DNA from: Escherichia coli
GTDB taxonomy: Bacteria > Pseudomonadota > Gammaproteobacteria > Enterobacterales > Enterobacteriaceae
Reading direction: 5' to 3' (one strand)
Length of the DNA stretch: 64,000 nucleotides
NCBI RefSeq assembly: GCF_044324875.1
Contig: NZ_CP172185.1
This document shows positions 56,914 to 64,000 of the stretch, in pieces (position 1 is the stretch's first letter; every line of letters begins with the position of its first letter). The position numbers and the translations under genes are program-made. The notes below the pieces were generated by a model, which was given only the letters and a program-made list of their open reading frames with translations, ran no database searches and had not been told where the DNA came from.

Positions 56914-57936
56914 ATGATTAGATATAGTGGAATATTTCTATCGCTGTTAATGCTTTCAGGTTGTGCAACTGAAGCATTGAAAAACGAACAAGCTGAAACT
57001 GTTATTACTGCGGGTAACAAAGCAGTAGCGGCGAATGCAAGTTTCTTTAAACAATACTATGCTTCTCGTGAAAACTTCCTTGTTAATTTTTATGCGACTA
57101 ATCCGGATTGTGCACCTCGACCAGATTATGAGGTAGTTATTGAAAACAGTACCAGTGATGAGTCATTATGTCAGCAACCTGGAGATAAGCACAAAAAATC
57201 TCAAGAAGATCTTTTTATTACAAAGATAGTCGCTACTGAAAAAGAAAGATTGCTGGCTTCTATGGAAATCATTAGCAGTATGAGTTCTTATGTCGAACTT
57301 TTGAATGAGGATTTAGATGTTAAAGACAGCAAACAGTTCATATTGCTTAAACAAGCTCTGGATCACGCGAATAATGCGGGGGCACTTCTGGGCATCAATG
57401 ATGGTGGAACATTAACAAAATCTGCAGCAGCGGTTAAAGATTTAGTGGTTTATTTCAATGGGTTGTATAATACAAGGGTAAGCGCAGGGAATATAGGTAG
57501 TACGGTAAATAATCATTGGCAAAGAATAAAAAATGATCTAACTGATATACGAAACGATATCGCGACAAAAGGTAAACAAACTGGAAGAAATACCTTTGCG
57601 ACGGTACATAATAATCTCGTTTATTACAATGCCTCCTTAAAAAAAGGAGGAGGTAATGAATTTAAGACATTGAAGAGCAGACAAGAATTCCTGGCTGCGA
57701 TTATCAGTATTAATGAAACACGTCTTCGTGCAGCAGATCCAGCTATTCCAGCAATACAAGCACTGAACTCATTTCTTGACGAGGGGAATCACCTTAAGGA
57801 TTTATACACTAATAAAATACGCACAGCGGCTGAACAAAAAAGGCTAAATGAAATATTACGCGCACAGGTCATTAGTGGGTTAAAGGCGTCTGAGGGGCTG
57901 GCAAAACTACTTATTGCCAGCGGAATAATGTTATAG
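56914..57936 (+). CDS. Predicted lipoprotein of unknown function (340 aa) in an AT-rich insertion
   Basis: ORF with AGAGGTGG RBS; signal peptide MIRYSGIFLSLLMLSGC with lipobox LSGC and Ala at +2; codon usage visibly AT-rich compared with neighbours. Confidence 0.75.
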   Translation: MIRYSGIFLSLLMLSGCATEALKNEQAETVITAGNKAVAANASFFKQYYASRENFLVNFYATNPDCAPRPDYEVVIENSTSDESLCQQPGDKHKKSQEDLFITKIVATEKERLLASMEIISSMSSYVELLNEDLDVKDSKQFILLKQALDHANNAGALLGINDGGTLTKSAAAVKDLVVYFNGLYNTRVSAGNIGSTVNNHWQRIKNDLTDIRNDIATKGKQTGRNTFATVHNNLVYYNASLKKGGGNEFKTLKSRQEFLAAIISINETRLRAADPAIPAIQALNSFLDEGNHLKDLYTNKIRTAAEQKRLNEILRAQVISGLKASEGLAKLLIASGIML

Positions 57937-57948
57937 GAGGGGCTTTTT

Positions 57949-58257
57949 ATGAACGATGTACAAAACCGTAGAATATTGGCATTACTTGATATGCTGTATA
58001 ATACTCTGGGCAACAAAACCACATGCAAGGTTTGTCATAAATATTTTATCCTTATCCTCACGGTGATGAACAATCTGACGATTAACTACGGTACTGAAAC
58101 TTCGCCAGAGTTAAGCGGAATCAGTTATGAAGATGCCAATGCGTTAATTACTGAACTGATATTATTTATTGAAGATGTTGACGCTGAGAATCATGAAGCA
58201 TATCCGGGACATTTGAATGAGATTAAACGGATTCTGAGTTTTGCTATTGCCGCTTGA
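57949..58257 (+). CDS. Hypothetical small protein (102 aa), partner of the lipoprotein
   Basis: ORF 12 bp downstream of the lipoprotein stop with AGGAGG RBS; no signal peptide; CKVCH motif. Confidence 0.65.
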   Translation: MNDVQNRRILALLDMLYNTLGNKTTCKVCHKYFILILTVMNNLTINYGTETSPELSGISYEDANALITELILFIEDVDAENHEAYPGHLNEIKRILSFAIAA

Positions 58258-58271
58258 ATATAATTATGATT

Positions 58272-58306
58272 AAAGCACCTCAAGAGGCGATCTTTTGAGG
58301 TGCTTT
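58272..58306. terminator. Hairpin between the insertion cassette and btuR (convergent)
   Basis: Perfect 12-bp inverted repeat aaagcacctcaa / ttgaggtgcttt with 11-nt loop. Confidence 0.5.
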
Positions 58307-58309
58307 CAC

Positions 58310-58900
58310 TTAATAATCAATCCCTATTTGCGCCTTAACACCGGCATCAAACGCATGTTTGATGGGGCGCAGCTCACTTACCGTATCCGCCAATTCAAGA
58401 ATATCCCGATGACAACCACGACCCGTGATAATCACCGTCTGTTGATGTGGACGTTCATTTAACGCCTGCACCACTTCTTCCAGTGGCAAATAGTCATACG
58501 CCACCATATACGTCAGTTCATCGAGCAAAACCATATCCAGTGAAGGATTGGCAAGCATCCGCTTTGCATGTTGCCAGACTTCGCGACAGGCGGCGGTATC
58601 AGACTCGCGGTTTTGTGTATCCCAGGTAAAGCCCGTTGCCATCACCTGAAATTCAACGCCGTGTGGTTCCAGCAGATTTCGTTCGCCATTAGGCCAGGTG
58701 CCTTTAATAAACTGCACGACGCCCACTTTTTTTCCGTGACCAACTGCGCGTGTTGCCGTACCAAATGCCGCGGTGGTTTTGCCTTTTCCATTGCCGGTAA
58801 AGACGATGATAATACCGCGTTCATCCTGGGCCTGGGCCACACGAGCATCGACTTTTTCTTTCACTCGCTGCTGACGCTGTTGGTAGCGTTCATCACTCAT
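58310..58900 (-). CDS. btuR: Cob(I)alamin adenosyltransferase
   Basis: 196-aa ORF with P-loop-like GNGKGKTTAAFG. Confidence 0.95.
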   Translation of the reverse strand: MSDERYQQRQQRVKEKVDARVAQAQDERGIIIVFTGNGKGKTTAAFGTATRAVGHGKKVGVVQFIKGTWPNGERNLLEPHGVEFQVMATGFTWDTQNRESDTAACREVWQHAKRMLANPSLDMVLLDELTYMVAYDYLPLEEVVQALNERPHQQTVIITGRGCHRDILELADTVSELRPIKHAFDAGVKAQIGIDY

Positions 58901-59655
58901 TGGGAAATTCCTGGTTTACGGCCCGGTTGGGCGTCAAAGGTCATGCCGGTTTTACGGCGGCTGTCATCACCCATCAGCCAGAGGTAGAGCGGCATGATAT
59001 CAGCGGGTGTTTTAAGTTTCTGTGGATCTTCGGTCGGGAAGGCGCTGGCACGCATTGCGGTGCGCGTACCGCCTGGGTTAATGCAGTTGACGCGCAGGCG
59101 CTGCTGATATTCATCGGCCAGTACCTGCATCATCCCTTCGGTGGCAAATTTCGACGCTGCATATGCGCCCCAGTTTGCACGCCCCTGACGTCCAACGCTT
59201 GATGAAGTAAAGACCAGTGAACCCGCGTCCGATTTGAGTAATAAAGGAAGCAGTGCCTGGGTGAGCATAAAGGTAGCATTAACGTTGACCTGCATGACGT
59301 CCTGCCAGACCTGCGGATTTTGTTCGCTCATTGGGCAAACATCGCCGAGCAATCCGGCATTATGCAAAACACCATCCAGACGCGGATAATTAACGGCAAT
59401 GCGCTGCGCCAGTTGTTGGCAATCTTCGGACGTGCAGGTCAGCAAATCGAGAATAAACCACTGTGGCTGACGCCCAGTTTCTTCGTTTATGTGGCTGGCT
59501 ACCTGACGTAATTTTTCTTCATTACGGCCTAACAGAATCACTGTCGCACCATAGCGTGCATACGTCATCGCGGCTTCACGGCCAATACCATCGCTGGCTC
59601 CCGTCACCAGGATAATGCGATCATTGAGTAAATCTTGTTTTGGCTGGTAATGCAT
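58897..59655 (-). CDS. yciK: Short-chain dehydrogenase/reductase YciK
   Basis: 252-aa ORF with TGASDGIG Rossmann motif; 4-bp overlap with btuR. Confidence 0.9.
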   Translation of the reverse strand: MHYQPKQDLLNDRIILVTGASDGIGREAAMTYARYGATVILLGRNEEKLRQVASHINEETGRQPQWFILDLLTCTSEDCQQLAQRIAVNYPRLDGVLHNAGLLGDVCPMSEQNPQVWQDVMQVNVNATFMLTQALLPLLLKSDAGSLVFTSSSVGRQGRANWGAYAASKFATEGMMQVLADEYQQRLRVNCINPGGTRTAMRASAFPTEDPQKLKTPADIMPLYLWLMGDDSRRKTGMTFDAQPGRKPGISQ

Positions 59656-59874
59656 GGCTACTCCTCAACGACGTTGTCTGTCGCGCTGCCAGTGTACTTT
59701 ATGACTTTGGGGCTTTATGCCTGAAACAGAAGGGCATTTCAATCAGCCTGGGGCGATAACACCGCAAAATGGATACTTTGTCATACTTTCGCTGCAATAA
59801 CATCTCTGCGAGACGGCTTAACATGCCTGTTGTAAACTGTCAGCCAAAGCGTTGTTTAACCAAGGTGGGGACTC

Positions 59875-60924
59875 GTGGAATTGTTGTCTGAATATGGTTT
59901 GTTTTTGGCGAAAATCGTTACCGTTGTGCTAGCGATTGCGGCGATTGCCGCCATTATTGTCAATGTTGCTCAACGTAATAAACGCCAGCGTGGCGAGTTA
60001 CGGGTCAACAATCTCAGCGAACAGTATAAGGAGATGAAAGAAGAACTGGCCGCGGCGCTGATGGACTCACATCAGCAAAAACAGTGGCACAAAGCGCAGA
60101 AGAAAAAGCACAAGCAAGAAGCGAAAGCAGCAAAAGCGAAAGCCAAACTGGGCGAGGTGGCAACTGACAGTAAACCTCGCGTCTGGGTGCTGGATTTTAA
60201 AGGCAGCATGGACGCCCATGAAGTGAACTCGCTACGTGAAGAGATAACGGCGGTACTCGCAGCATTCAAACCGCAGGATCAGGTTGTGCTACGTCTGGAA
60301 AGCCCTGGTGGCATGGTGCATGGTTACGGGCTGGCGGCTTCGCAGCTGCAGCGTCTGCGTGATAAAAACATTCCTTTAACTGTTACGGTAGACAAAGTCG
60401 CTGCCAGTGGCGGTTACATGATGGCCTGTGTGGCAGACAAAATTGTTTCCGCACCGTTTGCTATTGTGGGTTCCATTGGGGTGGTGGCGCAAATGCCCAA
60501 CTTTAACCGCTTCCTGAAAAGCAAAGATATTGATATCGAACTGCACACCGCCGGGCAGTATAAGCGCACGCTGACCTTGCTGGGTGAAAATACCGAAGAA
60601 GGGCGGGAGAAATTCCGCGAAGAGCTGAACGAAACGCATCAGTTATTTAAAGATTTTGTGAAGCGTATGCGTCCGTCTCTGGATATTGATCAGGTGGCAA
60701 CGGGTGAACACTGGTACGGACAACAGGCGGTAGAGAAAGGCCTGGTTGATGAAATCAACACCAGTGATGAAGTTATTCTTAGCCTGATGGAAGGCCGTGA
60801 AGTGGTCAATGTACGCTATATGCAGCGTAAACGACTCATTGACCGATTCACCGGCAGCGCGGCAGAGAGCGCCGATCGATTGTTGCTACGCTGGTGGCAG
60901 CGGGGTCAAAAGCCATTGATGTAA
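59875..60924 (+). CDS. sohB: Inner-membrane peptidase SohB (S49 family)
   Basis: 349-aa ORF. Confidence 0.9.
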   Translation: MELLSEYGLFLAKIVTVVLAIAAIAAIIVNVAQRNKRQRGELRVNNLSEQYKEMKEELAAALMDSHQQKQWHKAQKKKHKQEAKAAKAKAKLGEVATDSKPRVWVLDFKGSMDAHEVNSLREEITAVLAAFKPQDQVVLRLESPGGMVHGYGLAASQLQRLRDKNIPLTVTVDKVAASGGYMMACVADKIVSAPFAIVGSIGVVAQMPNFNRFLKSKDIDIELHTAGQYKRTLTLLGENTEEGREKFREELNETHQLFKDFVKRMRPSLDIDQVATGEHWYGQQAVEKGLVDEINTSDEVILSLMEGREVVNVRYMQRKRLIDRFTGSAAESADRLLLRWWQRGQKPLM

Positions 60925-60959
60925 AAGACAAACGCGAGGCTAAGACCTCGCGTTTTGCT

Positions 60960-61211
60960 TTAATCAACCAGGTGATATTTTTCTGAAAGCACATGGGCCA
61001 GGTGTTTGAACATATTAAACACCGCGGTGCTTTTGGCTGTTGGCAATCCTTGTTCATCTAAAAAGTAGTCGCCGGTAAATACCAGCACGCCATTACGCTG
61101 CGTGACGCCGGTGGCTTCAATCCCTGCGAGCGTATCCTCATGCTCACGAATGATTTTGTTGGCCTCTTTCAACAGCGTTTCGCGGTCGATGGGTTGTGTC
61201 TCTTTGTTCAT
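60960..61211 (-). CDS. yciN: Protein YciN
   Basis: 83-aa ORF. Confidence 0.85.
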
Positions 61212-61590
61212 TATTTACTCCTTAAACAAGGACATTAGTCTACGCCAGGCATGGCTTGCAGACAAATATACCACGCTGGTGGCAAGAGCGCCTTACTGGC
61301 AACTTTGGATTTTGCATGCTAATAAAGTTGCGTATCGGATTTTATCAGGTACAGTGTGACGCTTTCGTCAATCTGGCAATAGATTTGCTTGACATTCGAC
61401 CAAAATTCCGTCGTGCTATAGCGCCTGTAGGCCAAGACCTGTTAACTCAGTCACCTGAATTTTCGTGAACAGAGTCACGACAAGGGGTTGATATCCGCAG
61501 AGAGCGAGTCCATATCGGTAACTCGTTGCCAGTGGAAGGTTTATCAACGTGCGACGCATTCCTGGAAGAATCAAATTAGGTAAGGTGAAT

Positions 61591-64000
61591 ATGGGTAAAG
61601 CTCTTGTCATCGTTGAGTCCCCGGCAAAAGCCAAAACGATCAACAAGTATCTGGGTAGTGACTACGTGGTGAAATCCAGCGTCGGTCACATCCGCGATTT
61701 GCCGACCAGTGGCTCAGCTGCCAAAAAGAGTGCCGACTCTACCTCCACCAAGACGGCTAAAAAGCCTAAAAAGGATGAACGTGGCGCTCTCGTCAACCGT
61801 ATGGGGGTTGACCCGTGGCACAATTGGGAGGCGCACTATGAAGTGTTGCCTGGTAAAGAGAAGGTCGTCTCTGAACTGAAACAACTGGCTGAAAAAGCCG
61901 ACCACATCTATCTCGCAACCGACCTTGACCGCGAAGGGGAAGCCATTGCATGGCACCTGCGGGAAGTGATTGGTGGTGATGATGCGCGCTATAGCCGAGT
62001 GGTGTTTAACGAAATTACTAAAAACGCGATCCGCCAGGCATTTAACAAACCAGGTGAGCTGAATATTGATCGTGTTAATGCCCAGCAGGCGCGTCGCTTT
62101 ATGGACCGCGTGGTGGGGTATATGGTTTCGCCGCTGCTGTGGAAAAAGATCGCTCGTGGTCTGTCTGCCGGTCGTGTGCAGTCGGTGGCGGTCCGCCTGG
62201 TGGTCGAGCGTGAGCGTGAAATTAAAGCGTTCGTACCGGAAGAGTTCTGGGAAGTCGATGCCAGCACGACCACGCCATCTGGTGATGCGTTGGCGTTGCA
62301 GGTGACTCATCAGAACGACAAACCGTTCCGCCCGGTCAACAAAGAACAAACTCAGGCTGCGGTAAGTCTGCTGGAAAAAGCGCGCTACAGCGTGCTGGAA
62401 CGTGAAGACAAACCGACAACCAGTAAACCTGGCGCTCCTTTTATTACCTCTACGCTGCAACAAGCTGCCAGCACCCGTCTTGGTTTTGGCGTGAAAAAAA
62501 CCATGATGATGGCGCAGCGTTTGTATGAAGCTGGCTATATAACATACATGCGTACCGACTCCACCAACCTGAGTCAGGACGCGGTAAATATGGTTCGCGG
62601 TTATATCAGCGATAATTTTGGTAAGAAATATCTGCCGGAAAGTCCGAATCAGTACGCCAGCAAAGAAAACTCACAGGAAGCGCACGAAGCGATTCGTCCT
62701 TCTGACGTCAATGTGATGGCGGAATCGCTGAAGGATATGGAAGCAGATGCGCAGAAACTGTACCAGTTAATCTGGCGTCAGTTCGTTGCCTGCCAGATGA
62801 CCCCAGCGAAATATGACTCTACGACGCTGACCGTTGGTGCGGGCGATTTCCGCCTGAAAGCACGCGGTCGTATTTTGCGCTTTGATGGCTGGACGAAAGT
62901 GATGCCTGCGCTGCGTAAAGGCGATGAAGATCGTATCTTACCGGCAGTCGATAAAGGCGATGCTTTAACACTCGTTGAACTGACACCAGCCCAGCACTTT
63001 ACCAAGCCGCCAGCGCGTTTCAGTGAAGCATCGTTGGTTAAAGAGCTGGAAAAACGCGGCATCGGTCGTCCGTCTACCTATGCGTCGATCATTTCGACCA
63101 TTCAGGATCGTGGCTATGTGCGAGTAGAAAATCGTCGTTTCTACGCGGAAAAAATGGGTGAAATTGTCACCGATCGCCTGGAAGAAAATTTCCGTGAGTT
63201 AATGAACTACGACTTTACCGCGCAGATGGAAAACAGCCTCGACCAGGTGGCAAATCACGAAGCAGAGTGGAAAGCTGTACTGGATCACTTCTTCTCGGAT
63301 TTCACCCAGCAGTTAGATAAAGCGGAAAAAGATCCGGAAGAGGGGGGGATGCGCCCGAACCAGATGGTTCTGACCAGCATCGACTGCCCGACCTGTGGTC
63401 GCAAAATGGGTATTCGCACAGCGAGCACCGGGGTATTCCTTGGCTGTTCCGGCTACGCTCTGCCACCGAAAGAGCGTTGCAAAACCACCATCAACCTGGT
63501 GCCGGAAAACGAAGTGCTGAACGTGCTGGAAGGTGAAGACGCTGAAACCAACGCGCTGCGCGCAAAACGTCGTTGCCCGAAATGCGGCACGGCGATGGAC
63601 AGCTATCTCATCGATCCGAAACGTAAGTTGCATGTCTGTGGTAATAACCCAACCTGCGACGGTTACGAGATCGAAGAGGGCGAATTCCGCATTAAAGGTT
63701 ATGACGGCCCGATCGTTGAGTGTGAAAAATGTGGCTCTGAAATGCACCTGAAAATGGGGCGTTTCGGTAAATACATGGCCTGCACCAACGAAGAGTGTAA
63801 AAACACACGTAAGATTTTACGTAACGGCGAAGTGGCACCACCGAAAGAAGATCCGGTGCCATTACCTGAGTTGCCGTGCGAAAAATCAGATGCTTATTTC
63901 GTGCTGCGTGACGGTGCTGCCGGTGTGTTCCTGGCGGCCAATACCTTCCCGAAATCGCGTGAAACACGTGCGCCACTGGTGGAAGAGCTTTATCGCTTCC
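61591..64000 (+). CDS. topA: DNA topoisomerase I, N-terminal ~803 codons (3' end outside window)
   Basis: Open frame from ATG at 61591 ([22 protein letters not shown]) with no stop before window end; Zn-ribbon Cys motifs near 63380-63800; not in ORF track because unterminated. Confidence 0.95.
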   Translation, partial: MGKALVIVESPAKAKTINKYLGSDYVVKSSVGHIRDLPTSGSAAKKSADSTSTKTAKKPKKDERGALVNRMGVDPWHNWEAHYEVLPGKEKVVSELKQLAEKADHIYLATDLDREGEAIAWHLREVIGGDDARYSRVVFNEITKNAIRQAFNKPGELNIDRVNAQQARRFMDRVVGYMVSPLLWKKIARGLSAGRVQSVAVRLVVEREREIKAFVPEEFWEVDASTTTPSGDALALQVTHQNDKPFRPVNKEQTQAAVSLLEKARYSVLEREDKPTTSKPGAPFITSTLQQAASTRLGFGVKKTMMMAQRLYEAGYITYMRTDSTNLSQDAVNMVRGYISDNFGKKYLPESPNQYASKENSQEAHEAIRPSDVNVMAESLKDMEADAQKLYQLIWRQFVACQMTPAKYDSTTLTVGAGDFRLKARGRILRFDGWTKVMPALRKGDEDRILPAVDKGDALTLVELTPAQHFTKPPARFSEASLVKELEKRGIGRPSTYASIISTIQDRGYVRVENRRFYAEKMGEIVTDRLEENFRELMNYDFTAQMENSLDQVANHEAEWKAVLDHFFSDFTQQLDKAEKDPEEGGMRPNQMVLTSIDCPTCGRKMGIRTASTGVFLGCSGYALPPKERCKTTINLVPENEVLNVLEGEDAETNALRAKRRCPKCGTAMDSYLIDPKRKLHVCGNNPTCDGYEIEEGEFRIKGYDGPIVECEKCGSEMHLKMGRFGKYMACTNEECKNTRKILRNGEVAPPKEDPVPLPELPCEKSDAYFVLRDGAAGVFLAANTFPKSRETRAPLVEELYRF

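Noticed and set aside
61714-62463. 249-aa ORF antisense to topA
   Set aside because: Inside topA coding sequence on the opposite strand; topA frame itself is unterminated in the window and therefore missing from the track.

Overview
This window is an Escherichia coli-type chromosomal segment, syntenic with the K-12 region from kdsA to topA (about 27–29 min). Gene identities are assigned from my own reading of the ORF translations plus gene order; no database search was run. In order it carries: the 3' end of kdsA; two tandem LDR type I toxin-antitoxin repeats (ldr/rdl); chaA, chaB, chaC; ychN; ychO; narL-narX; narK; narGHJI; a tyrT tRNA-Tyr locus with three 178-bp repeats; purU; ychJ; rssA-rssB; galU; hns; tdk; an intact IS1 with a 9-bp target-site duplication; adhE; ychE; oppABCDF; yciU; clsA; yciY; kch; yciI; tonB; yciA-yciB-yciC; ompW; yciE-yciF-yciG; the trp operon (trpLEDCBA with promoter, operator and attenuator); trpH; yciO; yciQ; rluB; btuR-yciK; sohB; yciN; and the 5' 2.4 kb of topA. 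Most of this is ordinary core genome. The strongest candidate for something undescribed is an AT-rich ~1.5 kb two-gene cassette between rluB and btuR (56.8–58.3 kb), encoding a predicted outer-membrane lipoprotein (340 aa) and a small 102-aa partner, neither of which I recognise. Other points worth a second look: only two LDR copies and one tyrT gene where I recall K-12 having three and two; the IS1 between the convergent tdk and adhE genes; a 17-codon ORF with a strong ribosome-binding site upstream of ychE; and a possible extra Lys-Pro unit in TonB.
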